From contig JBNKHE010000003.1 of NCBI GenBank assembly GCA_050290185.1, positions 256,001 through 320,000 on the forward strand: DNA of 64,000 bases, in the 5' to 3' direction. This document shows positions 28,965 through 40,022 of the stretch, one piece after another. A program made the position numbers and the translations under genes. The notes beneath the pieces were generated by a model. It saw only the letters and a program-made list of their open reading frames with translations, ran no database searches and was not told the origin of the DNA. The first letter of the stretch is position 1. Each line of letters begins with the position of its first letter. The DNA is from Pontiella sp. (GTDB lineage Bacteria; Verrucomicrobiota; Kiritimatiellia; Kiritimatiellales; Pontiellaceae).

Positions 28965-30104
28965 TTATCTGCGGGCGTTGGCGATATGCTTGAGCATGCT
29001 GCTGCCGCGCTCCGGGTCGACCCTGGACAGCTCTTTGGCTTCGCGCTCGGCGGAATCCCACTTCTGCTGCTGAAGGTAACTGTAGGAGAGCAGATAGCGG
29101 GCATCCGCGTAGGACGGATCAAGGGACAAGGCCTGTCTGCATGCTTCCTGTACCTTGGCATAATCAGACAAATTAAAGCTGGCCATTCCTGTGCGGTAGT
29201 AGGCGTCCTTTCGGCTTGGATCGGCCACAACCGCTTGCTGATATTGGGCAAGTGCCGCAGCGTATTTCTTTTCCCCGTAGAGCCGGTCGCCTTCCTTCAT
29301 GAATTTTACGGCGTCTTCCGGGTTGGATGACGATGCGGCTGTTCCTGAACCATCCAGCCGGGCGATGGCGTTCCGGGCCGCTTCGGCGTGGCTGCCTGAC
29401 CCTCCGGCTTTCCGGACATAGGCCTGATAGTATTGAAGCGCTGCATCCTTGTCGTGCAACCATTGTTCGTGAATAACCCCCAGGTTGTACAGGGCGGGAG
29501 CATAGTCGGGATCGGCCAGCGTAATTTTCTTAAGACGGCTGATGACCTGTGCGCTGCCCTGGCCATGATTCAGCTCCGCGAGGGCGAGGGCATTTTGTGC
29601 TGCCGGATCATTCGGGGTGGCGGCGACTGCTTCTGCCATAATGCGCGTCGATTGGGCCCAGTCCCGTTTTTTGGCTGCAATCAGGCTTTTCAAGGCAAGG
29701 GCGGTTTTGTTCTTCGGATTTTCCCCGAGATACATGTTGATCGATTTTAAGGCCCCATCAAAATCATCCGAATGGAATTGGGCCATGGCCAGATTCAACC
29801 GTGCGTCTGTAATCGTCTCGGATAACGCGCAGGCATCGTCGAAGGCTGCCGCCGCTGCCTTCGGCTCATCCAGTTGCCAAAGCACCAGTCCGAGCTTGTT
29901 GAAGGCCATCGATTTCCGGACGTTTCCCGAGAGACGTCCCGTCGCTTTTTCGAGCAGCGCACGCGCCTGGACCAGATCGCCCTCGTCCCATGCCTGGATG
30001 GCCTTGCTGTATTCCTTCTCGCCGGAGCGGCCGCCGCAGCCCACAAACATCGCGAGTACGAGCAACAGGCCCGACCCGATAATCAAAATCCTGTTTTTCT
30101 TCAT
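28965..30104 (-). CDS. Tetratricopeptide repeat lipoprotein
   Basis: MKKNR...FVG-C signal; many TPRs (ALYNLGV, AYYRTG, ARYLLS). Confidence 0.85.
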   Translation of the reverse strand: MKKNRILIIGSGLLLVLAMFVGCGGRSGEKEYSKAIQAWDEGDLVQARALLEKATGRLSGNVRKSMAFNKLGLVLWQLDEPKAAAAAFDDACALSETITDARLNLAMAQFHSDDFDGALKSINMYLGENPKNKTALALKSLIAAKKRDWAQSTRIMAEAVAATPNDPAAQNALALAELNHGQGSAQVISRLKKITLADPDYAPALYNLGVIHEQWLHDKDAALQYYQAYVRKAGGSGSHAEAARNAIARLDGSGTAASSSNPEDAVKFMKEGDRLYGEKKYAAALAQYQQAVVADPSRKDAYYRTGMASFNLSDYAKVQEACRQALSLDPSYADARYLLSYSYLQQQKWDSAEREAKELSRVDPERGSSMLKHIANARR

Positions 30105-30499
30105 GATGCAGAAATTCCTTTAACCCACACCTGTCGGCTGCGGGGTCCATCAAATTCACAAAAATAGAGGCTTTGCCATGTGCCCAGTTGCAGCTTCCCA
30201 TCGGAAATAATCACCTGGGCGGACGAGCCCATCATACTGGCCTTCACATGGGCCGCCGTATTGCCCTCGAAATGGCTGTAACCCCCGTTCCAGGGAACCA
30301 CCCGATCCAGGACCAGCTCCATATCCGCCGTGACGTCCGGGTCGGCGTTTTCGTTGATCGTTACGCCGGCGGTTGTATGGGGGATAAAAACTGTTACAAT
30401 GCCCTCTGAAATGCCACATTCCTGAATCATTTCGTTTACTTGCCGGTCAATTTTAACAAAGTCGGTCCGGGCTCGGGTTTGTATGCTGAAGCTCCTCAT
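30101..30499 (-). CDS. yjbQ: YjbQ/UPF0047 family protein (secondary thiamine-phosphate synthase-like)
   Basis: HTTAGVTINENADPDV, H.EGN..AHVK, LGTWQ..YFCEFDGPR. Confidence 0.9.
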   Translation of the reverse strand: MRSFSIQTRARTDFVKIDRQVNEMIQECGISEGIVTVFIPHTTAGVTINENADPDVTADMELVLDRVVPWNGGYSHFEGNTAAHVKASMMGSSAQVIISDGKLQLGTWQSLYFCEFDGPRSRQVWVKGISAS

Positions 30500-30635
30500 G
30501 GGCAGACACCATATCCGAACCCCGCAGATTTTGAAGCGGAAAGTTTCCGACTCGATGAAAAAAGTCGGGACAGGCTTCCATTCCTGTGGATTGAAGGCAT
30601 AAAATGCAAATCGATTTTATGGAGGAACTCTCATT

Positions 30636-31904
30636 TTGCAGTTTATTGCGAATCACATCCTAACACTTGCAACCATGGCACTCCTGCTGTGTTTGTCGGG
30701 CTTCTTTTCCGGAACGGAATCCGCCCTTTTTTCATTGAGCCGCAACCAGATCCGGAAGCTCAGAAACGACGGGCATCAGGTTGAAAAACTGCTGGCTTTG
30801 CTCGCTGACAATCCATCGGGACTGCTGGTGGCTATTCTTTTCGGGAATCTGGTGGTCAATATCCTCTTCTTCTCGATCAGTGCCGTGTTGAGTATCGAAA
30901 TTGCATCGATATATGGCGATTGGTATCAGGCTGCCATCGGTGTTTCCGTACTGTTACTGGTCATTCTGGTGGGGGAAATCCTGCCCAAGGCGGTCGGCAT
31001 ATCATTTCCTGAACGCATCGCGAAGCTCAACTCCCGGCCGTTGCTGGGATGGTTTCATTTTATGGGGCCGGTCCGGCGGGTACTGGAAATCATTACCAAC
31101 CGCATGGAGCCGGCTGACCAGCACGACCACCGCCTCGGGGCAGACGAACTGAGGATGTTGATCGATGCCACTCACCATGACCCGACCTTTGGCAAACAGG
31201 AAAAGGCCATTATTGAAGACATTGTCACGCTCCCCGAAATCCGCGTGCGGGAAATCATGGTTCCGCGGGTGAAACAGTTGTTTCGCCGTGTGGATGCCCC
31301 GGCGGGTGAAGCGTTGGCGGAGGCTTGTGAACAGCAGATCGAGCTGATTCCGGTTTACGAGGACGAAGAAGATAATATTGTCGGGGTGGTGGAGACGCGC
31401 AGTCTTTTTGTGGATGGCGATCCGGCCCGGCCGCTTTCCGACTTTACCCTCCCGGTAAGGTTTGTTCCGGAGACCAAGCGTGCAGATGAGATGCTTCAGG
31501 AATTTCTCGACGATGAATTGCGTCTGGTTTGCGTGGTCGACGAATATGGAGGGCTGGCGGGAACGGTATGTCTGGAAGACCTGTTGGAAGAGGTGGTCGG
31601 AGAGTTTGATGTGATGGAGGCCCCGCCGGTCGAACAGCTCGGGGAGTCCATCTACCGGTTGCAAGGCAGTCTGGGTATTCGTGAATGGCGCAGTCTTTTT
31701 GTGGGCTATCTCCCGCGCGAAATGATGCAGGATCTTGCCCTGGACACGGTGAGCGGGCTCGTGGTGTCGATCCTGAAGCGATTGCCAAAGGCCGGCGATG
31801 TTGCCGTGGTGGGAAGCCTGCGTTTTACCGTCGAACAAGTGCGGTCAAACCGCATTGAAAGCGTTCGTTTGGAACTGGTGGACTCCAACGGGGGAGAATC
31901 GTGA
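30636..31904 (+). CDS. CNNM/CorB (hemolysin-family) protein: DUF21, CBS pair, CorC domain
   Basis: FFSGTESALFSL, GN.VVN, GEILPK, IMVPR, VVDEYGG..G.V.LEDLLEEVVGE; TTG start with GGAGG upstream. Confidence 0.88.
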   Translation: MQFIANHILTLATMALLLCLSGFFSGTESALFSLSRNQIRKLRNDGHQVEKLLALLADNPSGLLVAILFGNLVVNILFFSISAVLSIEIASIYGDWYQAAIGVSVLLLVILVGEILPKAVGISFPERIAKLNSRPLLGWFHFMGPVRRVLEIITNRMEPADQHDHRLGADELRMLIDATHHDPTFGKQEKAIIEDIVTLPEIRVREIMVPRVKQLFRRVDAPAGEALAEACEQQIELIPVYEDEEDNIVGVVETRSLFVDGDPARPLSDFTLPVRFVPETKRADEMLQEFLDDELRLVCVVDEYGGLAGTVCLEDLLEEVVGEFDVMEAPPVEQLGESIYRLQGSLGIREWRSLFVGYLPREMMQDLALDTVSGLVVSILKRLPKAGDVAVVGSLRFTVEQVRSNRIESVRLELVDSNGGES

Positions 31905-32887
31905 ACTCGATCATGATCCTTGTTTTTGGATTCCTGTTCTGCTCGTTGTTTTCCGGTGCTGAAACCGGCAGCTACATGGTGAACCGCATCCGCCTGCGCC
32001 ATCGGGAGCGGGAGCGTCACCAGTCGGCCAGGGCGCTCTCCCGGTTATTGGAATATCCCTATATTTTTGTCTATACCATGCTCATCGGCAACAATGTCGC
32101 CGTGTTTCTGGTGTCCGCCGAAGTGACCGATCTGTACCTTAAGGCCGGCTTGGGGGAGACTCGTATGCTGCTCGGTTTCATTCCGTGGACCGCCGAAGTG
32201 GCCGCCACCCTCACGTTAATGTTTCCGTTGTTTTTGTTTGCCGAGCTGTTGCCGAAAAACCTGTTTCGCAAGAAGGCCGACACCCTCATGTATCGTTTGT
32301 CCGGATTGCTGCGGGTCATTGTGCTTGCGCTGCTTCCGGTTACATGGCCCCTCAAGCAACTGTTCCGCTTTCTGACCCATGGAGCCGACAGCGCGGCCGG
32401 GCGGGATTTGCACCGTCTTTCTCCCGACGCCCTTCGCGAGTATTTTTCGGCGGGGGAAAAGGAGGGGGTGATTTCGTCGCACCAAACCCGGATGCTGGCC
32501 AATGTCACATCCATGCACCGCGTGCCGATACGCGAACTGATGACTCCGCTTAAGGATATTCCCCGGCTGCCGGATACGGCCACCGTAGCCGATTTCAAGC
32601 GTCTGATTGATCGCCGGGGAAGCACCTACGCCATCATGGTTCATCGGCATGCGATCGTGGGGCTGGTTTCAATGTTCAGGCTTATTGAGCGGCGTTTGGA
32701 CGACAGCGAGCCCCTAAAGAACTACGCGGAGGATTTGCTGAGACTGCCGGAAACGCGAAACCTGAAATCGGCTTTCTATCGTCTCCGCCGCAATCCGCGC
32801 CAAAGTGCCGTCGTCGTTGATGTACACAACCATCCCGTTGGATTTATCCAGCTCGAGGACGTTGCCCGCTACATTGCGAAACAGTAG
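31901..32887 (+). CDS. Second CNNM-domain protein with degenerate CBS pair
   Basis: FSGAETG, LIGNN, AELLPK, LMTP, AVVVD...PVG.I.LED; GTGA overlap with the upstream paralog. Confidence 0.82.
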   Translation: MNSIMILVFGFLFCSLFSGAETGSYMVNRIRLRHRERERHQSARALSRLLEYPYIFVYTMLIGNNVAVFLVSAEVTDLYLKAGLGETRMLLGFIPWTAEVAATLTLMFPLFLFAELLPKNLFRKKADTLMYRLSGLLRVIVLALLPVTWPLKQLFRFLTHGADSAAGRDLHRLSPDALREYFSAGEKEGVISSHQTRMLANVTSMHRVPIRELMTPLKDIPRLPDTATVADFKRLIDRRGSTYAIMVHRHAIVGLVSMFRLIERRLDDSEPLKNYAEDLLRLPETRNLKSAFYRLRRNPRQSAVVVDVHNHPVGFIQLEDVARYIAKQ

Positions 32888-33661
32888 CTATTCTTCCGGG
32901 CCGGGCAGTTTTTCAATCGGAAGCCACTCGAGTATTCGTTGGATGTAGCGGTCCGCGAAGCTCCATTCGTGACCGCCTTCGCCTTCCTCATAGGTGACGT
33001 GCAAGCCGGCATTGACGGCCGCATCGCAAAACGTGATCGAATCCTGGTACAGGTAGTCGTCTGTGCCGACGCAGACGTAGAACCGCGTTTCCGGAACAAC
33101 ATGAAGTTGCTCCAGCTGGGTAATGAGATCGGTTTCGGAGCCGGCAATATGGGCAATATCGCCAAAGACGGCCTGGTAGCTTCGCATACGCGATTCACTC
33201 CAGTCGTCCTCCAGATGGGCGCAAAGATCAAGTGCTCCGAAAATTGAGGCGGCCGCGGCATATTGACCGGGATTGCCCAGGGCCAGTTTGATTGCTCCGT
33301 ATCCTCCCATCGACATGCCGGCCACGAATGTTTTTCTCCGGTCGTCGGACACCTTGAACCAGCGCTTCACGAGCACCGGAAGTTCATCGGAAAAAAACCT
33401 CCAGTAATCAGAGCCATGAGTCATGTTGCAATAAAAACTCTTGTAGGCATCAGGCATCACCACCGCGAGGTTGTAGTCGCTGGCATAGCGCTCGATGGAG
33501 GTCCGGCGGCTCCAGATCGTATGGTCATCAGAGAATCCGTGCAGCAGGTAAAGCACCGCCGGTGGTTCCTGCCATGCATCCGGATGCTCGGGGAGGATGA
33601 TGTTCATGCCCAGCGAGAGATCGAGGATTTGGGAATCGAATCGGGTTTCGATCAAGGCCAT
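32888..33661 (-). CDS. Alpha/beta-hydrolase esterase (tributyrin esterase-like)
   Basis: LYLLHG.SDDH..W.RRTSIERY, GMSMGG nucleophile elbow, G.DD.L, GHEW. Confidence 0.88.
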   Translation of the reverse strand: MALIETRFDSQILDLSLGMNIILPEHPDAWQEPPAVLYLLHGFSDDHTIWSRRTSIERYASDYNLAVVMPDAYKSFYCNMTHGSDYWRFFSDELPVLVKRWFKVSDDRRKTFVAGMSMGGYGAIKLALGNPGQYAAAASIFGALDLCAHLEDDWSESRMRSYQAVFGDIAHIAGSETDLITQLEQLHVVPETRFYVCVGTDDYLYQDSITFCDAAVNAGLHVTYEEGEGGHEWSFADRYIQRILEWLPIEKLPGPEE

Positions 33662-33774
33662 GTCGTTACTCCTGAATCAGCGCCTATCTGCTGTTTGATT
33701 AAGCCCGATTAAAACGGATTGAATAGTCTCTTTCCAAACATATTTGAATTATATACCTTGCGAAACGAGGTTAT

Positions 33775-34749
33775 ATGCATCCAATTACCAGAAAGCTGTT
33801 TCTCTACCACATCGTCTTGCTAGCAGGATGTAGCACCACCACCAAAGTGGAGGCGTTGCCGTCACCGCGCGGGACGGTATCGTTATCGTACATCGCCCGG
33901 CTTTATACCATGCGGCTGTCAAAATCCGGCAAAAAGATGCGGCTCGAAAATAAATGGAACCACATTGAATTCGAAACGAACAGCCGGCGCGCATGGATCA
34001 ACGGGGTTATGTTCTGGCTGCACCATCCCTGCCGGAGAAGCGGAAACAACTGGGCCATTCAGGAGGCCGACTTTAAAAAAGGGATCGATCCGGTATTGCG
34101 GGCCTATGCCTATGTGCCGAAGCGGATACCAAAAGTTGTGGTCATAGATCCGGGGCATGGCGGCAAGGATACGGGAGCCATCGGCCCGAGTAAAATCTAC
34201 GAGAAAAACGTCGTGCTTGATATTTCCCATCGGGTACGGAAGCTCCTCGAAGCCCGGAAGATCGCAGTGCGGATGACACGAACCGACGACACCTATCCCA
34301 CGCTGGATCAGCGTTCGGACTTTGCCTACAAGGTTTCAGCCGACCTGTTTGTGAGCATACACGCCGATGCCGCCGATCCGAGCGCTGCCGGTGTGGAAAC
34401 CTTTATCACTTCGCTCGAAGGCGGGGAGTCGAGCAACCATTACGGACAAGGTGGCGATATCTTTGCCGTCAAGAACAACCAGTACGATGCCGCCAATGCG
34501 GTGCTGGGTTTTTCCCTTCAGAGTAACCATGTCAAGGCATCGAAACGGAGTGACCGTGGTTTGCGGCGGGCCCGTTACTCGGTTCTCCGGAATGCACCCT
34601 GTCCTGCGGCACTCGTTGAATGCGGTTTTATCACCAATCCCTCGGAAGAGACCTTGCTCAACAGCGCCAGCTACCGCGAAAATGTCGCCCGCGGGATCGC
34701 AAACGGGATTTTGGGATATATCACGCTCATTCAGCGTTCCCGCAAATAA
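33775..34749 (+). CDS. N-acetylmuramoyl-L-alanine amidase (Amidase_3)
   Basis: IDPGHGGKD.GA, YEK, FVSIHAD, PAALVECGF; LLAG-C signal. Confidence 0.9.
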   Translation: MHPITRKLFLYHIVLLAGCSTTTKVEALPSPRGTVSLSYIARLYTMRLSKSGKKMRLENKWNHIEFETNSRRAWINGVMFWLHHPCRRSGNNWAIQEADFKKGIDPVLRAYAYVPKRIPKVVVIDPGHGGKDTGAIGPSKIYEKNVVLDISHRVRKLLEARKIAVRMTRTDDTYPTLDQRSDFAYKVSADLFVSIHADAADPSAAGVETFITSLEGGESSNHYGQGGDIFAVKNNQYDAANAVLGFSLQSNHVKASKRSDRGLRRARYSVLRNAPCPAALVECGFITNPSEETLLNSASYRENVARGIANGILGYITLIQRSRK

Positions 34750-34785
34750 TCCGGACGCCTCATACGGGTTTCCGCCCGAATTGGA

Positions 34786-34813
34786 TTGCAACCCGACCGT
34801 TTTCGGGTAGCGT
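34786..34813 (+). promoter_or_regulatory. Sigma70-like promoter of thiC leader
   Basis: TTGCAA-16-TAGCGT about 10 nt before the aptamer. Confidence 0.5.
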
Positions 34814-34823
34814 GCATTTTTGT

Positions 34824-34903
34824 TCGCTGGGGGAGCGGTCCGGAAGGACGGCTGAGATGAAAACCCTTGGAACCTGAGCAGGTCATGCTGCAAAGGGAAG
34901 CGA
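34824..34903 (+). promoter_or_regulatory. TPP riboswitch (variant P4-P5 junction)
   Basis: P1 TCGCT/AGCGA, GGGG...GCTGAGA...ACCC, GAACCTGA...AGGGAAG; directly upstream of thiC. Confidence 0.9.
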
Positions 34904-34955
34904 TATGGCCTTCCTTCAAGTTTCCGTTTGGCGAACGATTAACGAATAACCATAA

Positions 34956-36581
<1,626 letters not shown>

Positions 36582-36612
36582 AAATCGATGCTAATTTCCA
36601 TAAACAGAGGCA

Positions 36613-36945
36613 ATGATGAAGGGTTTTGACGATCTCGATATAGTTTTTTCGACCGAAAGAGGCCGCATTAAGCCGGAAAAGGCAAAGCCGGAGACGCCAA
36701 AGGGGGATGGCGTGGTTCGGGTGGGACGCGAAACCAAAGGCCGCAAGGGCAAGGGAATGACCGTGATCACGGGCGTTCAGCTCCATCCTGAAGGATTGAA
36801 GGACTTGGCCCGAAAACTGAAACAAAAATGCGGAACGGGCGGTACCATTAAGGGACAAACGATTGAGATTCAGGGCGATCATCGCGATTTGTTGGTTGCA
36901 GAACTTCAATCCATGGGGTATGCCGTAAGGAAATCGGGGGGATAA
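36613..36945 (+). CDS. yciH: SUI1/eIF1-like translation factor
   Basis: ETKGRKGKG.TVI.G, LK.KCGTGGT, IEIQGDHRD. Confidence 0.92.
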   Translation: MMKGFDDLDIVFSTERGRIKPEKAKPETPKGDGVVRVGRETKGRKGKGMTVITGVQLHPEGLKDLARKLKQKCGTGGTIKGQTIEIQGDHRDLLVAELQSMGYAVRKSGG

Positions 36946-37074
36946 GTGCTGGCTAATCGGGCAGTCCTTCCGTAAGTTTCTTATCCCTGAACAAAGGGCA
37001 ATCGCCCTCCCGCTGAGGCGTGAAGGAATGCACGGGAACTTTCATGTGCACATGATAAAGAACAGGTGAAGCCA

Positions 37075-37755
37075 ATGAAAAAACGAGTAATCACATTGTA
37101 TCTGGCTGCGTTGGTTGTTTCGGCGGGCGCAGGCAGCTTTGAAACCGAAGACCTATTTTCGATTGCCTTGCCCAAAGGCTGGGTGCGGATGCCTGATGAT
37201 GTGCTGGTTAGCTATGCAGAGGCGGCGGCAGAAACAGCATCGGAAGAGCCCGCTCAGGTGTATGATTATGGATTTCAGCTTTCATCGTCGGAAGAGTGGT
37301 TTTCATATCCGTGCATCCTCGTTCAGGTGAAAAATATTGGACGGTTTTCAACCGGTGATCTGGAGCGTTTTGCCGAGAGTACGGAAGGCAGCACTTCTCA
37401 GCTGAACGATGATAAATCCCTGATTATAGAGGTTCATGAGCGAGACGGCATTGATGTTTTGGTTGGCCGGCAACTGACGGAATATGGGTATATTGAACTC
37501 AGTGGATTCGCTCCGGCCGATACGTTTTCCGAGTATGAAGGGGTGTTCCGGGAGGCATTTTCCAACCTTAAGCTTGATGATCGCATCCTGTACAAGCCTC
37601 GGATTACCGACAATGCGCCGGTTATAGGCAATATAAACCTGGGAAAGGTTTTCCTCGTCTGCCTGCAGGCAGCGGTGGTCGGTGGTGTATTATGGCTGAT
37701 CTATGGCCTGCTCAAGCGACTTCTGAAACGGAAAGACGCCGTTCAAAACGCCTAG
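37075..37755 (+). CDS. Hypothetical exported protein with C-terminal membrane anchor
   Basis: Signal peptide (MKKRVI...AGA), FSIALPKGW strand motif, C-terminal TM helix and basic tail. Confidence 0.7.
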   Translation: MKKRVITLYLAALVVSAGAGSFETEDLFSIALPKGWVRMPDDVLVSYAEAAAETASEEPAQVYDYGFQLSSSEEWFSYPCILVQVKNIGRFSTGDLERFAESTEGSTSQLNDDKSLIIEVHERDGIDVLVGRQLTEYGYIELSGFAPADTFSEYEGVFREAFSNLKLDDRILYKPRITDNAPVIGNINLGKVFLVCLQAAVVGGVLWLIYGLLKRLLKRKDAVQNA

Positions 37756-37806
37756 CCGGCTGAAGCCAATTCGTCCCATATGTCCGCCGCGCGAGGATGG
37801 GCGAAC

Positions 37807-39039
37807 CTATTGATTTAACAGATGGGCAAACCGGTATCCGACCAGGCATACGTCATCGTCGAAATTGCCTCCGTCTGCAAATACGCTGATGTCCTTCATA
37901 AGCTGAGGGAACATGTCGCGGATCTTTAATTCACGGTATTGGTTCGTGAGCTTCAGCAGGCGTTCTTTTCCGAGTTCTTCATGATCCGGGTTCTTTACGG
38001 TATAAAGCCCGTCAGTATACATGATAATCGCGTCATCGGGATGAAGCGTGTGCTTGATGGTTTTGTAAGTGGCCTGGGCGTCTATAGCCAGGGCCGGACC
38101 GGAGTTCTCCGGCTCATCCGTCAACCATTCGGCGGTATTGTCCCTGGTGTTGAGCAGAATGGGTACCGGATGAGCGGCATTCGCATAGCGTACTGTGCTC
38201 TTGGAAACATCCAGGATCATGTAGCAGGCTGTGGCGGACAGGCATAGGTCGCCTTCCTGGATAATCGGTTTCAAAACCTTGTTCATATGCTCCAGAAACC
38301 GACCCGGATCCTTTTCCTTTAACGAGATTTCTTCCACGATGGCGCGCATCAGTCCCGTGATTAATGACGAACGGACGCCGTGACCCGCAACGTCGCACAA
38401 TAGAATGCCTGCTTCGGTTTCCGACAGTTTCCGCACGGAGCAGAAATCACCGCCTACCGATCCGGTGGAATGGTAGAGGTGGCAAAAGCGCGCAGCGCTT
38501 TGCTCTGGATCTATGCCGTCAGGGAACGTTGGATAGGAATTTGGAAAAAAGGTTTTCTGCAGCTCGGTTGCCATTTGGAGATCGCTCTCCATCTCGTCAC
38601 ACAGCCGTCGGTTTTCTTCAGCATACTTTGCGGCGAGAAGTTCAGTTTTCTTGATTTCAGTTATGTCCCGCGAAATTCCAAAGGTTCCGATAATTTCGCC
38701 GGAGTCGTTTCGTAGCGGCATCTTTGTGGTTGATACCCATGTTTCATGACCGTCCGCCCAGGTTTCTTTCTCCTCTTTTCCCACCATCGGAACACCGGAT
38801 TCGATAATCAGCTGCTCGTCTTCCATGGCATCGCGGCTATGTTCATCGGTAAAGATATCAAGGTCTGTTTTGCCAATCAGTTCTTTGGGGAATTTGCACC
38901 CGGCACGTTTGGCTCCTTCCTCGTTAATGAGGATGAAGTGACCTTCACGGTCTTTGAAATAGATGTTGTCCTTGATGTGGTGCATCAAGTGATCCATCAG
39001 AGTCGATTCATCGGGTGCTTCTGCCATTACGTACTCCAT
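37807..39039 (-). CDS. PAS/PAC + PP2C (SpoIIE/RsbU-like) phosphatase
   Basis: IYFKD.EG.F...N, GKTD.D.F, GISRDITE; VGGDF, CDVAGHG, YTDGL, DDVC. Confidence 0.9.
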   Translation of the reverse strand: MEYVMAEAPDESTLMDHLMHHIKDNIYFKDREGHFILINEEGAKRAGCKFPKELIGKTDLDIFTDEHSRDAMEDEQLIIESGVPMVGKEEKETWADGHETWVSTTKMPLRNDSGEIIGTFGISRDITEIKKTELLAAKYAEENRRLCDEMESDLQMATELQKTFFPNSYPTFPDGIDPEQSAARFCHLYHSTGSVGGDFCSVRKLSETEAGILLCDVAGHGVRSSLITGLMRAIVEEISLKEKDPGRFLEHMNKVLKPIIQEGDLCLSATACYMILDVSKSTVRYANAAHPVPILLNTRDNTAEWLTDEPENSGPALAIDAQATYKTIKHTLHPDDAIIMYTDGLYTVKNPDHEELGKERLLKLTNQYRELKIRDMFPQLMKDISVFADGGNFDDDVCLVGYRFAHLLNQ

Positions 39040-39110
39040 CCCATCTTTCGAATGCTACAAATTGTAGGGAATGAAAAGTCGCGTGGCAATAAGGGATAGG
39101 AGGAATGAAA

Positions 39111-39809
39111 CTAGTCGTCCCTGCCACCGAGCAGACCTAGGCGCATCATATAATAGAGCAGGGTGAGCAGGGCGGAGACCGCGGCGGCGATGTAGGTCAG
39201 AAAAGCGGCATCCAGCACCTTGCCGGCATCCACAGCCTCAGATGGTGCTACGATACCGTCCGTCACCATCTGGCGCTTGGCGCGGGCGGAGGCGTCCCAT
39301 TCCACCGGCAGGGTAACCAGAGCGAAGAGGAAGCCGATGCCGAACAGCCACACACCGAGCTGGGCCATCAGCATGCTGTGCATCAGGACGCCGAGTACGA
39401 TGATGATATAGGCGCCATAGGAGCTGAACTGCGTGACCGGAACCATTCCGCTGCGGATTTTCAAGGGCACATAGTCGTGGGCGTGCTGGAGTGCATGTCC
39501 CGCTTCGTGGCAGGCCACACCAATAGCCGAGAGCGACTGCGAATCGTGAACATCGGGAGACAGATTGAGGGTTCGGTTGGCTGGATTGTAGTGGTCGGAA
39601 AGGAATCCGCGTACCCGCCGTATCTCCACGTCGTGAAGACCATTGGCATTGAGCATGCGCCGCGCGGCCTGCGCTCCGGTCAGTCGCGAGCTGGCAGCGA
39701 CGCGACTATATTTATTGAAGGTCCCCTTGGTCTTTGCGGATGCAATTCCCGCCAGGATCAAGGCTGGAAGCATGATGATCAGATACATGGGATCGAAATA
39801 CATAAACAT
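39111..39809 (-). CDS. YugP-like neutral zinc metallopeptidase (membrane)
   Basis: LSDHYNP, HEAGHALQH, TLPVEWDASARA, AA.LTY.A. Confidence 0.9.
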   Translation of the reverse strand: MFMYFDPMYLIIMLPALILAGIASAKTKGTFNKYSRVAASSRLTGAQAARRMLNANGLHDVEIRRVRGFLSDHYNPANRTLNLSPDVHDSQSLSAIGVACHEAGHALQHAHDYVPLKIRSGMVPVTQFSSYGAYIIIVLGVLMHSMLMAQLGVWLFGIGFLFALVTLPVEWDASARAKRQMVTDGIVAPSEAVDAGKVLDAAFLTYIAAAVSALLTLLYYMMRLGLLGGRDD

Positions 39810-40022
39810 GGTAAAAACTCCTGCTTAAAAAATGTTTCGGAATCAGACGTCTTCACGCGCGGAATGTTCAAAAACACAGGAAATATGCGGATCTTTTACG
39901 AACTTGGCAATGGATTTTGGCCCGCGGAATTTAATGCTCTAGGCAGGCTTGACGGAGTCCGTGATCTAGGGCACGGTGCGTCTTTCTAACTCAACCCGAA
40001 CATAACCCGAGGACGGTATGTT

